Source: Somniosus microcephalus (Eukaryota). From it: DNA of 64,000 bases. The DNA is taken from assembly GCA_052327205.1 (NCBI GenBank), contig CM126203.1, forward strand, positions 94,302,001 through 94,366,000, written 5' to 3'. Positions 23,700-36,902 of this stretch are shown piece after piece. Numbering within the stretch: position 1 is the first letter of the stretch; each line of letters starts with the position of its first letter. Under the pieces are notes generated by a model. The model did no database searches and was not told the DNA's origin. It saw nothing but the letters and a program-made list of their open reading frames with translations. Made by a program: the position numbers and the translations under genes.

Positions 23700-26600
23700 T
23701 GATGCGCTATCAATAACTCAAAAGACTGAGATTAAGCGAGTAATTAACAGGCTTTTATTAACAAGAGAATGAAGGTGTGCCTCGAGTGGTCGACCGGTCC
23801 AGAATACAGAGGGACTGTGGAGCAGTCACCTTTATACCTGGACTCGTGGGAGGAGTCAGCCGAGACATGTACAGGCATGTACACAGTGGAATACAAACAG
23901 TGGTTTAGCACATTCACCCCTTGTTTAAACATGAGTCCGGCGGGGTGAAGTGTATTAAAAGTTAGTGTATTGGAGTCTCTCCGGAGGTCTTGTCTGCCGC
24001 TGTGATCGACGTGGCGACGGCAGGGGTAGTGAAGCTTCCGGCATCGAGTCCCGCGTAGGCTGGGGCGCTGGTGTGTAGTCCTCGTAGGTGTCGAGCGGGT
24101 CGCAGGGCCCAGGCCCGCCGTCTGCTGGGGCTGGATATCGGGTCGTCGGGGGGGGTGGTAGTGGGTAGTGGGTTACTGCGGCCCCCGAGGGTGCGAGGTC
24201 TCGTATGGAGACTGTGTCCTCCCGCCCGTCCGGGTACGCAATGTAAGCATACTGGGGGTTGGCGTGGAGGAGGTCGACCCTTTCGACCAGGGGGTCCGTT
24301 TTATGGGTCCTCACGTGTCTTCTCAGTAGGACCGGCCCTGGGGACGTCAGCCATGGCGGTAGCGATGTCCCCGATGTGGACTTCCTTGGGAAGACAAACA
24401 TTTTCTCATGAGGGGTGGCGTTAGTGGCAGTGCAGAGCAGTGACCGAATAGAGTGGAGCGCATCGGGGAGCACATCCTGCCAGCGGGAGGTCGGAAGGCC
24501 CCTAGACTTTAAGGCTAGCAGGGCGGCCTTCCAAACTGTCGCATTCTCTCTTTCCACCTGTCCGTTCCCCCGGGGGTTGTAACTGGTGGTCCTGCTTGTG
24601 GCAATACCCCTAGCGAGCAGGTACTGATGGAGTTCGTCGCTCATAAACGATGAGCCCCGGTCGCTATGGATATAGCTGGGGAAACCGAACAGGGTGAAGA
24701 GGTCGTTCAGACATTTAATGACCGTGGCACTGGTCATGTCCGGGCAGGGGATGGCGAACGGGAAACGGGAGTACTCATCAATAATGTTGAGGAAGTACAC
24801 ATTGCGGTCGGAGGAGGGGAGAGGCCCTTTAAAATCAACGCTCAGGCGCTCGAAGGGGCGAGTGGCTTTTATCAGGTGAGCCCTGTCTGGTCTATAAAAG
24901 TGCAGTTTGCACTCAGCGCAGACTTGGCAGTTCCTGGTCATGGTCCTGACCTCCTCAATGGAGTAAGGCAGGTTGCGGGCCTTGATGAGGTGGAAGAACC
25001 TGGTGACCCCCGGGTGGCAGAGGTCATTGTGGAGGGCCCGCAGTCTATCGATCTGCGCGCTGGTGCAGGTGTCACGCGATAGAGCATCCGGGGGTTCATT
25101 GAGCTTCCCGGGCCGGTACAAGATCTCGTAATTGTAGGTGGAAAGTTCGATTCTCCACCTCAGGATCTTGTCGTTTTTGATTTTGCCCCTCTGCTTGTTG
25201 TTAAACATAAACGCAACTGAACGCTGGTCAGTGAGCAGGGTAAATCGTTTTCCGGCCAGGTAGTGCCTCCAATGACGCACAGCCTCCACAATAGCCTGGG
25301 CCTCCTTCTCAACGGCGGAGTGTCTGGTCTCCGGGCCCTGGAGGGTTCATGAAAAGAAGGCCACGGGTCTCCCCGCCTGATTGAGGGTAGCGGCCAGGGC
25401 AAAGTCGGACGCGTCGCTTTCCACCTGGAAGGGGATGGATTCGTCCACTGCGTGCATGGTGGCTTTGGCAATGTCTTCCTTGATACGGTGGAAGGCTAAG
25501 CGGGCCTCTGCCGTCACGGGAAAAGAGGTGGACTTGATCAGCGGACGGGCCTTGTCCGCATAGTAGGGGACCCACTGGGCGTAATAAGAGAAAAACCCTA
25601 GGCACCTCTTCAGGGCCTTGAGGCAGTGGGGCAGTGGGAGTTCCATAAGGGGACGCATCCGGTCGGGGTCGGGATCGATGACTCTGTGTTCCACAACACA
25701 GCCAAGGATGGCGAGGCGGGTTGTGCGGAATATGCACTTCCCCTTGTTATACGTCAGGTTGAGGAGTTTGGCAGTGCAGAGGAATTTTTTGAGGTTTGCG
25801 TCATGGTCCTGCAAGTCATGGCCGCAGATGGTCACATTGTCCAGATATGGGAAGGTGGATTGCAACGCATTTTGATCGACCATCCGGTCCATCTCCCTTT
25901 GGAAGACGGAGACCCCGTTGGTGACGCCAAAGGGAACCCTAAGGAAGTGATAGAGGCGGCCGTTTGCCTCAAAGGCAGTATACTGGCGGTCCTCAGGGCG
26001 GATAGGGAGCTTGGTGGTATGCTGATTTCAGGTCAATGGTCGAGAAGACGCGGTACTGCGCGATCTCGTTGATCATATCAGCTATACGGGGGAGTGGGTA
26101 AGCGTCCAGCAGGGTGTAGCGATTTATTGTCTGGCTGTAGTCGACGACCAGGCGCTGCTTCTCGCCAGTCTTAACGACCACAACCTGGGCTCGCCAGGGG
26201 CTGGTGCTGCCCTCAATAATCCCCTCCTTCAGGAGCCACTCCACTTTGGTTTTAATGAAAACCCTGTCCCCGGCACTGTATCGCCTGCTCTTTGTGGCGA
26301 TGGGCTTACAGTCGGGGGTGAGGTTAGCAAACAGTGGGGGGGGGGGTGACTCTGAGTGTGGAGAGGTTGCACCTGGTGCGCGGCGGGCAATTTGGAAGCT
26401 GCTGGCTGCGGACTGTGAGTGGGGGGAGGGGTCCACCGTACGCCATCGCAACACTTTTAAGGTGGCACTGAAAATCTAACCCCAGTAGAACGGCAGCGCA
26501 GAGGTGGGGCAGGACCAGAAGTTTAAAATTATCGTACACAGTCCCGTCTACTACGAGTGTCACCACGCAGTAGCCGCCAATGTCCGCCGACTGGGACTCA

Positions 26601-28035
26601 GAGGCCATAGAAATCCGCTGGTGCGCAGGCAGGACTGGGAGAGAGCAACGCCGCACCGTGTCGGGGTGGATGAAGCTCTCCGTGCTCCCAGAGTCAAAAA
26701 GGCAGATTGTTTCGTGACCATTTACCTTAATGTCCATTGTGGACCAGGCCAGCTGGTGCGGTCTCGCTTGGTCCAGCGTAACGGAGGCCAGCGTAGGGGT
26801 CGGTGTGTCGCTGCGGGTATCAGATGAGGCGGTGTTGGGGGCCTGCTGCATCCCGGCTGTCGTCCAAGATGGCGGCGTCCATGATCCCCATGTGGCTGGA
26901 GGCGTCCAAAATGGCTGCTGTTCCGGTGGTTCGCACATGGCTGGGGAGGCCCAAGATGGCGGCCCGCACGGCCCACACGCGGCGCTGCTGGGGTTCGGGG
27001 TGGCTTTGGCTCTGCAGACGCTGGCGTAGTGTCCTTTCTTCCCGCAGCCCGAGCAGGTCACATTTTTCACCGGGCAGCACGCTCTGGGGTGTTTGGCCTG
27101 GCCACAGAAGTAGCATTTCTGGCCTTGGGGCACTGCTGTCTGGCCTTGGGACATTGCTGCGGTAGTTGGGCCATTGCTGGGATGTGACTGGGGTGGCACG
27201 GCGCTATGAGACGGTCCTACCGTGTCCCAGGCTGTCGTTCCCCACGGCGTCCACGGTGCAGAGGAGTAGGCGCCCATGCCCAGGTAGGCTGCGTCCAATG
27301 ATAGTGCGAGTTCAGAGGCCTTGTTGAGATCGAGGTCACTCTGCTCCAACAGTCGCTGTCGGGTGTAATTGGACCTGTGGCCCGCTACAAAAGCGTCCCG
27401 GATAAGTTCCTCTGTGTACACGGCGGCCTTTACATCCTTACAACCACAGGCCCGGCCAAGCACAGACAGTGCCTGAAGGTATTCCTCGGTCGATTCCCCA
27501 GGTTGTTGTTTACGACTCCCCAGGAGGTGCCTAGCGTACACTTCGTTCACTGGGCACGTGTACTGGTCCTTGAGGAGCTTGATAGCATCCACGTACGAGG
27601 TCGCATCCTGGATGACCGAGTACACTCGGTGGTTCACTTTGGAGGTCAGGATGTCCAGTTTGTCCTCGTCCGATTTGACCGTTTCAGCAGAGGCGATCAG
27701 AAATTTTTCAAAACACCTAAGCCAGTGAGTAAACTTGGTGGATGAGTCCGCCTCCCGATGATCTAAGTCCAGGCATGCTGGTGTGAGGATCTTCTCCATT
27801 ATAAAAATCTTGTTAATAAAATTGATGCGCTATCAATAACTCAAAAGACTGAGATTAAGCGAGTAATTAACAGGCTTTTATTAACAAGAGAATGAAGGTG
27901 TGCCTCGAGTGGTCGACCGGTCCAGAATACAGAGGGACTGTGGAGCAGTCACCTTTATACCTGGGCTCGTGGGAGGAGTCAGCCGAGACATGTACAGGCA
28001 TGTACACAGTGGAATACAAACAGTGGTTTACCACA
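23700..28035 (-). mobile_element. Gypsy-B: full-length Ty3/Gypsy element related to Gypsy-A
   Basis: 213-bp LTRs at 27823-28035 (5') and 23700-23912 (3'), 2 mismatches seen; TSD GGGGC at 23695-23699 and 28036-28040; PPT at 23913-23922. Confidence 0.97.
23955..27799 (-). pseudogene. Gypsy-B gag-pol, disrupted
   Basis: ORFs 26324-27799 (gag, knuckles, FDSGS), 25993-26454, 25347-25892 (YLDN) and 23955-25289 (integrase); frameshifts at the G-run near 26340 and near 26005, TGA at 25347-25349. Confidence 0.93.
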
Positions 28036-28639
28036 GGGGCATAGTCTAAGGATAAAGGGTTGGCCATTTATGACTGGGATGAGGAGAAATTTCTTCACTC
28101 AGAGTGTTGTGAATCTTTGCATTTCTCTACCCCAGAGGACTGTGGATGCTCAGTCGTTAAGTATATTCAAGGCTGAGATCAATAGATTTTTGGACTCTAA
28201 AGGGAATCAAGGGATATGGAGATCGGGCTGAAGAGTGGAGTTGAGGACGAAGATCAGCCATGATCTTATTGAATGGCGGAGCAGGCTTGAGGGGCCATAT
28301 GGCCTACTCCTGCTCCTATTTTATGTCTCTTATGTAAGTAAGTAATAGTCACCTTGTCAATTTGATTAATATTTAATCATCTTCTCTTAAGACTGTAGAG
28401 TTTAAGGTTCTCTCATTTTCCTCATTGCTCCTGCTTTGCACTTGCATTCTTGTTATGAAAAATAATTCAATTATTTTCATCCAGTCTTCAAGAATTTCCA
28501 CTACTTTTATCTTTTAAAGATCAATGTTTTCCCCTAAATATTCTTTTGCTAATATAATATTGAACTAGTTTTATTTTGCTTAGCATCCTTTGCTATGTTC
28601 CTTTCTAGTGCCTTTCTACAACCCCAATAACTTTTTTCA

Positions 28640-29300
28640 CAACAACAACTTGTGTTTATATAGCACCTTTATGGTAGTAAAACATTCCAAGGCGCTTCAC
28701 AGGTGCATTATCAAACAGAATTTGACACGGAGCCACATCATGCGAAATTGGGGCAGATGATCAAAAGCTTGGTCAATGAGGTAGATTTTAAGGAGCGTCT
28801 TAAAGGAGGAAAGAGAGGCGAAGAGATTTACGGAAGGAATTCCAGAGCTTAGAGTCTCGGCAGCCGAAGGCACGGCCACCAATTATGGAGCAATTAAAAT
28901 CAGGGATGCGCAAGAGGCCAGAATTGGAGGAGTGCAGAGATATTGGAGGGTTGCAGGTCTGGTAGCGGTTACAGAGATAGGGAGGGGCATGGCCATGGAT
29001 GGATTTGAAAACAAGGATGAGAATTTTAAATTCAAGGCGAGAGAGCCAGTGTAGGTCAGCGAGCACAGGGATGATGGGTGAATAGAACTTGGTGCGAGTT
29101 AGGATACGGGCAGCAGAGTTTTGAATGACCTTAAGTTTATGGAGGGTGAAGGCTGGCCAGGAACGTGTTGGAATACAAAAGCAAAATACTGCTGATGTGG
29201 TCAGCCGTGTCAAAGGCTGCAGATAGGTCGGGAAGGACGAGGAGGGATAATTTACCACTGTCACAGTCACATAGGATGTCATTTGTGACTTGATAAATCT
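28640..29300 (-). mobile_element. L2-clade LINE 3' fragment
   Basis: IQNSAARILTRTK..PVLADLHWL..FKILILVFKSIHGHAPPYL and DLSAAFDT motifs; (aac)n tail. Confidence 0.85.
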
Positions 29301-29725
29301 TAACATTTTTGTCTCTTTCCAATGTTGTTCCCCTCCTTTATCCCTTTAGATTTTATGCAGCATGTTTCCCTTCCTTATTTCCAATTTAACTGGTCATCCA
29401 TTTTAGAGATCTACTTGTTTAGTTTACATGCATTTTGCTTTGATATCTTGCATATTTAATAAAATAGTTTTTTTAATTTTCCATTTTTAGTAGTATATCC
29501 CACTTAATACTTTTTTTCTTCACACCTTATTCCATTGAAGCTTGTTTTCTTGATAACATATTTCTGTCCCAGTCTTTGTGGGCATTAATTACCAGATTAT
29601 CTCATATTTGATCGCATTCTTGTCACTTGTTCCTAGAGGTTCCATTACTTCTATATAATGGACACTATCCTAATTACTAGTAAGAACCAAGTCTAGGAGT
29701 TCCCTGATGGGGTTCATGATACATT

Positions 29726-30230
29726 GGCCCGGAATTTGCGATGTAATGACAGTGAAACTGTTAGCATTCATCATCATTACCACTGCAAAACTGACAGCAA
29801 CTTCTGGCGTCCGCACATGCACAGTTAAATGCGGAAATCCAGAAGTTGCTATCAGTCATTTCCTACTCCTCCACAGGGCGCACTGTTGAACTCCCTGCAA
29901 CTGACAATCAATTGAAATCACTGAACTGGTGAAAACTTAAGCCTTTGCGCTCTAATACTGCTGTTAAAACCCCCCTAAAAAATGTTAAGCTTTGTTCAAC
30001 AAGAAGCAACTGGTTTTTAACAGTGTACTGAGTCATAACTACTGCTGAACAACTGTTCTGGCCTGGAAAAACTAATTTTATATTTGTAAAAAGTCACATT
30101 TTTCCATTTTGATAAAAATTCCTTAATTTTTAATATTTTTTTAAAGTTTGTTTATATCATATCTCAGCTCCTGTGTGTATGTCCCAATTTTTATTTCACG
30201 CTCTGTAAAATGTATTAAAAGTAAAGGATG
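29726..30230. mobile_element. Fragment of a non-autonomous TIR element (related to 41865-42580)
   Basis: ggcccggaatttgc terminus and ccgcacatg.cagttaaa..cgga motif shared with 41865-42000. Confidence 0.5.
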
Positions 30231-30269
30231 TCGGGAGAGGTGAAATCCACAACACTGAGATTGCTAGAT

Positions 30270-32815
30270 CTTTCATAGAAATTTACAGCACGGAAGGAAG
30301 CCATTCAGCCCATCGTGTCTGTGCTGGATGAAAAGAAACTATCCAGTCTAATCCCACTTTCCAGCTCTTGGTCCGTAGCCTTGAAGGTTACAGCACTTCA
30401 AGTGCATATCCAAGTACTTTTTAAATGTGATGAGGGTTTCTGCCTCTATAACCCTTTCAGGCAGTGAGTTCCAGACCCCCACCGCCCTCTGGGTGAAAAG
30501 ATTTCTCCTCAATTCCCCTCTAGTCCTTCTACCAATTACTTTAAATCTATGCCCCCTGGTTATTGACCTCTCTGCTAAGGGAAATAGGTCCTTCTCTCCA
30601 CTCTAGGTCCCCCATAATTTTATACACCTCAATTAAATCTCCCCTCAGCCTCCACTGTTCCAAAGAAAACAACCCCAGCCTATCCAATCTTTCCTCATAG
30701 CTAAAATTCTCCATTCCTGGCAACATCCTTGTCAATCTCCTCTGTACCCTCTCTAGTGCAATCACATCTTTCCTGTAATATGACCAGAACTGTACGCAGT
30801 ATTCTAGCTGAGGCCTAACTAGTGTTTTATACAGTTCTAGCATAACCTCCCTGCTCTTATATTCTATGCCTTGGCTAATAAAAGAAAGTATCCCATATGC
30901 CTTCTTAACCCCCATATCTACCTGTTCAGGGATCTTTTGACATGCCTCTGTTCCTCTACACTTTTCAATATCCTACCATTTATTGTGTATTCCCTTACCT
31001 TGTTAGCCCTCCCCAAATGCACTACTTCACACTTTTCCAGATTGAATTCCATTTGCCACTTTTCTGCCCACCTGACCAGTCCATTGATATCTTCCTGCAG
31101 TCTACAGCTATCTTCCTCACTATCAACCACATGGCCAATTTTTGTATCATCAGCAAACTTCTTAATCATGCCCCCTACATTAAAGTCTGAATCATTGATA
31201 TATACCACAAAAAGCAAGGGACCTAGTATTGAGCCCTGCAGAACCACACTAGAAACCATCTTGCAGTCACAAAAACACCTGCCGACCATTACCCTTTGCT
31301 TCCTGCCACTGAACCAATTTTGGATCCAACTTGCCACTTTCCCTTGGATCCCATGGGCTTTTACTTTTCTGACCAACCTGCCATATGGGACCATGTCAAA
31401 AGCCTTGCTAAAATCCATGTGGACTAGATCAAATGCACTACCCTCATTGACCTTGTTACCGCCTCAAAAAATTAAATCAAGTAGTCAGACACATCTGTCC
31501 CTTAACAAATCTATGCTACTGTCCTTGATTAATCCGTGCCTTTCTAAATGATGATTAATACTGTCCCTCAGAAATGTTTTCCAATAATTTTCCCACCACC
31601 GAGGTTAGGCTGACTGGCCTGTAGTTATTCGGTCTATCCCTTTCTCCCTTTTTAAACAACAGTACAATGTTTCCAGTCCTCTGGCACCACACCTGTAGTC
31701 AGAGAGGATTGAAAAATTATGGTCAGAGCCTCCGCTATTTTCTCCCTTGCTTCTCTTAACAGCCTAGGATACATTTCATCTGGGCCGGGCGATTTATCTA
31801 CTTTCAAAAATGCTAAACCCCTTAATACTTCCTCTGTCACTATGTTTATCCCATCTAATATTTTACACTCTTCCTCCTTAACTACAATGTCTGCATCATC
31901 CCTCTCTTTTGTGAAGATAGATGCAAAGTATTCATTAAGAACCATAACCACATCTTCCGCCTCCACACACAAGCTTCCTTTTTGGTCTCTAATAGGCCCT
32001 ACTCTTTCCTTAGTTATCCTCTTGCTCTTTATGTATTTATAAAACATCTTTGGGTTTTCCTTGATTTACTTGCCAATATTTTTTCATGCCCTTTCTTTGC
32101 TTTCCTAATTTCCTTTTTAATTTCACCCCAGCGCTTTCTATACTCCTCTGGGCTTTCTGTAGTATTGTGCTCTCAGTATCTGACAAAAGCTTCCCTTCTT
32201 TTCCTTATCCTACCCTATATGCTCCTTGACATCCAGGGGGCTCTAGATTTGGGAGTTCCACCCTTTTTCTTTGTGAGAACTTTGCTCTGAACCCTCCTCC
32301 TTGAATGCCTCCCACTGCTCTGACACTGATTTACCTTCAAGTAGCTGTTTCCAGTTCACTTTTGCTAAATCACATCTAAGCTTAGTAAAATTGGCATTTC
32401 CCCAATTGAGAACTTTTACACCTGGTCTATCTTTGTCCTTTTCCATAACTATGCTAAATCTAACTGAATTATGATTGCTACCACCAAAATGCTGTCCAAC
32501 TGATACCCCTACCAGCTGCCCAGCTTCATTCCCTAAAACTAAGTTCAGAACTGCCCCCTCTCTTGTTGGGCTTGTTACGTACTGACTAAAAAAGTTCTCC
32601 TGAATGCATTTTAAGAATTCTGCGCCCTCTATACCCTACTATTACTGCCCTATTTTTGCACTTCTCAGAAATTTGCCTCCATATATGCGCTTCTATCTCC
32701 CTCTGACCGTTAGGGGAGTCTATAGTACACACCCAGCATTGTGATTGCCCCTTTTTTGTTCTTCAGTTCAACCCCTATGGCCTCATTAGATGATCCTTCT
32801 AACATATCCCTTCTC
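30270..32815 (-). mobile_element. CR1 LINE (second subfamily), degenerate ORF2
   Basis: ORFs 32243-32446, 31652-32047 (KSPGPDEMYPRLL), 30918-31418 (DFSKAFD, KFADDTK) and 30547-30915. Confidence 0.92.
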
Positions 32816-34424
32816 TTGGCAGCTTTCTTCGAGGTCAGCGGTGAACACCATTACTTTGCCACTGACCGCAAAATCCGGACCATTATATGCCAAAGCCGTT
32901 TTCTACCATATTTTTCAATTTAGCTTTTGGTGCCACACTTCTATTTGGGCATTTCCAGCACATCATGTTGTAGTTACCTATTTGTACAACATTACTAACT
33001 GGAAATAGCTTTTCAAATCACATCATATAAAATGCTGTTGCTGTCTTTTGCCTGCACTAGGGATTTTTTAACAGACCACAAGTTTTAACCCAGTCCACTG
33101 CTCATTTTCTAGCTCCAGTGAGACTTTCATTTTTTGCTCTGGCCCCAAGATATTGTTTCAATTTAATTAATATTAACATTGTCTTCTACATATAAAGTTA
33201 CCCCTCTTCCGCTTGCATCATCTCTTGTTCCTGAACAGCCATTATCTCTGCATGTTGAATTCACTCCCATTTTCTAAATGTGATTCCTGCAATAGTTTAT
33301 TCTGCCACTTTATAGTATTTTCATTCCATGGATCGGAACATAATTATTTTTAAGCCCCTTTCAAGTAAACTCTTGAACAAGTATAAACCCATAAGGTTGT
33401 ATAAATTTGTTTATTTGTTTTTCATTCAAAACGATAACCGAACTTTGTTTTTGGAAAGGGTATTAATTACATCAGGTACCTTAAATGAGCCACATTGTAG
33501 CAACAGAGAAAGTTTGGAACTATGTAAAACTAAGTTAGGAACTATTACTGAAACATTTGATAATAGAAGACAAATAGAACTATCTGGGCTGCTATAATAT
33601 TGGGGTAATATTTGTAAAAAATGGGAGGACCTCATACTTTTCAGATTGGAGATGTAAAAACTATTTGTAATAGCGGAACAGGCTTGAGGGGCTAAATGGC
33701 CTACTCCTGTTCCTAGACATAGTTCAGTTCCAAGTGCAATAGAACTATTTTTTGAATTTAAGGATTTTATAAACGAATCCTGATTTCAATGTTGTGTAAA
33801 GTAACATCAAAGATGGCTAACATGTGGCAACTAGTTTAGGTAGGTAACATCCTCAATTCACCATTTTGGTTAAAAAAATTATTTGCCTTAATTTTCTATA
33901 GTCATGAGAGACAATACCAAAGAAAGTTTGCTGTTTTTATATTTTCCTGACATCCAGTTTTATTATTTGAGCTTTTGCAATCTCAATTCAGTGAAATTTG
34001 TAACAGCACTTACCTGCATTAAACAGTTTTTCCTCCCATCAAGTCCCAGTAGAATCCGTACAATGAACTTCCATAGGGAGAGTGAGCAAAGCTTTTCCTC
34101 CTCTGTGACTTTGTTTCCAGTGGCACATCGTGGTTAACTATGAACATGCTGAGCAAGATGACCCGTGTTCATTTCCATCAGATCTTGAATATCTACCGGT
34201 GTTTAGACAGAAATGTGTGACCACAGAGGTAACAGTAGACCACTGAACTCTTAATCTGAGGGCTTGGGTTTAAATACCAGTAGTAAATGCAATTTGAAGA
34301 TGAATCCTTTCATTGACAACTTTGGCAAGACTATTAGTTGGAATACTGTCACAAATTGTGATAAACATGCAGTATGTGTTTTAAACTACCAGCAATATTC
34401 TTCTGAACCAAGATTAAATGCCAG

Positions 34425-35232
34425 ATGCCTATACTTGCATTGGAGGTGTGATGAAATATGCCATTCATCACTCATCTGTATTCTCTGTGTGATTGTGCCT
34501 GTGACTGTGGTTTAGTTTCAGTTTCATTTCCCTTACCTCAGTTCCATTTCCTCACCTTGTATTGTATTGTGTGTAGGGCTCCGCCCATACCTGGCCCCTA
34601 TGTAAGCAGGCTCAGCGTGCCTCACATCCAGTACTGCAGACCTCTGGATGGAAGACACCTCTCCACTGTGTGTTACCTTCTAAGTTAATAAAAGCCTTGT
34701 TTTGTTCCGCTAACATTGAGTCTCGGATTTATTGAGGCACATCAGGAGGCAGTTCAGAGACGATTCACTAGGTTAATTCCAGAGATGATGGGGTTGACTT
34801 ATGAGGAAAGGTTGAGCAGGCTGGGTCTATACTCATTGGAATTTAGAAGAATGAGAGGTGATCTTATTGAAACATATAAGATACTGAGGGGGCTCAACAA
34901 GGTAGATGCAGAGAGGATGTTTTTCCCTTGTGGGGAAATCTAGAACGCGGGTCACAGTTTTAGAATAAAGGGTCGCCCTTTTAGAACTGAGATGAGGAGG
35001 AATTTCTTCTCTGAGGGTCATAAATCTGGAATTCTCTGCCCCAGAGAGCTATGGAGGCTGGGTCATTAAATACATTTAAGGTGGAGATAGACAGATTTTT
35101 GCAAGATAAGGGAGTGAAGGGTTATGGTGAAGTGGCTTTGAGCCCAAGATCAGCCATGATCTTATTGAATGGCGGAGCAGGCTCAAGGGGCCAAGTGGCC
35201 TATTCCTGCTCCTATTTCTTATGCTCTTATGA
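34425..35232 (+). mobile_element. CR1 3' fragment interrupted by a solo LTR
   Basis: tatacttgcattggagg|LTR|cagttcagagacgattcactagg; EAVQRRFTRLIP..RRMRGDLIETYK. Confidence 0.88.
34447..34744 (+). mobile_element. Solo LTR (298 bp), Gypsy-A/B-like
   Basis: TG..CA ends, 5-bp TSD GGAGG at 34442-34446 and 34745-34749, gttAATAAAagcc, and an attga..catca terminus like the Gypsy-B LTR. Confidence 0.88.
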
Positions 35233-36902
35233 CTGTGTTTTCTTTACTTCTAAGGGGGTTGCCTGCCTTTGTTAATGAGAAAATACCCAATTAGTTAGGT
35301 TAATGTACTAAATGTAAATGGATAGTCCTTTGCTTTGCAAGTACTCACAGTATGTTACACTGTAAATTGCTCCTAGCCATTTAATTCAAAACCAAGAATT
35401 GTTTCTATGAATTTCATCATGTTGTAGCATCTGACTCAAACATGGTTTCTTCATGGTTGCATGTAAAAACTGGCTAACTAGTAAGCATGAAAATGGCATT
35501 GGACTGTCCAAAACTTACAAAATGTTATTCCATTTTGGTTTTGTTTGGTAATATATTTAACGTTCATCTCTTCAAAGAAATTAAACTGATAAAAGCAGGG
35601 TGTATCGTTGTTCTTGCGGAATTCTGGATCTCCATGCATATGGCTCATATATTTTACATGAAACTCCCAACCTAGGGGATACAGCTGGAGACAACATTCT
35701 CCAAAGAGCTTGAGAAAACGGGACTGTTAAATGTCACTCTGACAGTTGTCAGGGCTTTATCTGTTTTATTCCAAGTGGATATTTTAATTTCAAGAGTCTC
35801 TTCCAACTGCTGGAGAAAGGAAGGTGACAGCTCAGATGAACTGTATGTTATAATCTTAGTTGTCTTGTATTCCATTATTAGTCTAATTTGCTGTGTTTCA
35901 TAAATTTCCTTGATTTTGTAAATAAATCTGATTGTTTTAGCCTGTCAAATCTCTCGTCTATGTGCAATATTTTCTATCTGTCTCAAGCGAATGTGGCATT
36001 GTAGTGCAGGGCTACTGTTAATTAAGTAGCAGTACTTCAACTGAGATAATTGTTAATTCCTGGGTCTACACACACACGCACATCACAAAATTATGCCAAT
36101 TTCAGATAGGAAATGACACAGTAACATTTTTGTCAGGCTGTTAAATGAGAGAATTATGCAAAAAACAGCCAGATTTATAATGGTAGCCAAGATTCTATCC
36201 AGAGTGACCAAGGTGAGGAAGTGGCAGAACTTGCCACTCAAATCTTGCTTCAAAGAAGCACATCTCTTGATCAGTCATGGAACAGCATCAGCAGCATTGT
36301 GGAGGCTTCTGTGACCCAGACTATTCAGTTCTCATATGGTGATGGGTACTGATGAATACAGGCTAACTGAGAATTGTGTTTGAACAATCAATAAACATAT
36401 TGGGGGAGAAATTCAGTTGTTAGCGCCAGCCGTTAGCGCCTTAAGAGGGCGATAAGTGGGGCGCGAAGCGGCTAGCGCCCGGGCGCGGCGAGACCTGCGC
36501 CTCTCGCGACATTGAGCGGACATTTAGTGGCGGTGCAAAACCGCAACGCCCGCTCAGCTGCGCACGCAGATCCTGACGTCATTTCATGGTGCAACGCCCT
36601 TTGTGGCGCCCCCCTCCTTTCCGCCTGGCGCTCCCAGCGACTGGTTGACTGGAACGGTTCCCAGTCGCTGTGGGGCTGAGGGGGCGCTATTTAATGGGGG
36701 CTCTTCCTGGCTTCTTAGTGGTAGCCATTTTGGACCACTCCTTCTGTGAGAGAGAGAGAGATTTGCAGAGAGACAAAGGGAGAGGGCTTTCTGCATTGAC
36801 TCAGCACTCGCACATGTACTTCTGGCTTCAGCCCAGAACTTTGCAGTTGGATTGATTTTTCAGTGCCATAGCCTTGATTGGCCACATATTATGGGGGCTG
36901 CA

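Larger units (their letters stand above)
23683..28335 (+). mobile_element. CR1 3' fragment interrupted by Gypsy-B
   Basis: tagaactagggggc|insertion|atagtctaaggataaaggg..gaggagaaatttcttcactcagag rejoins to a CR1 3' end. Confidence 0.85.
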
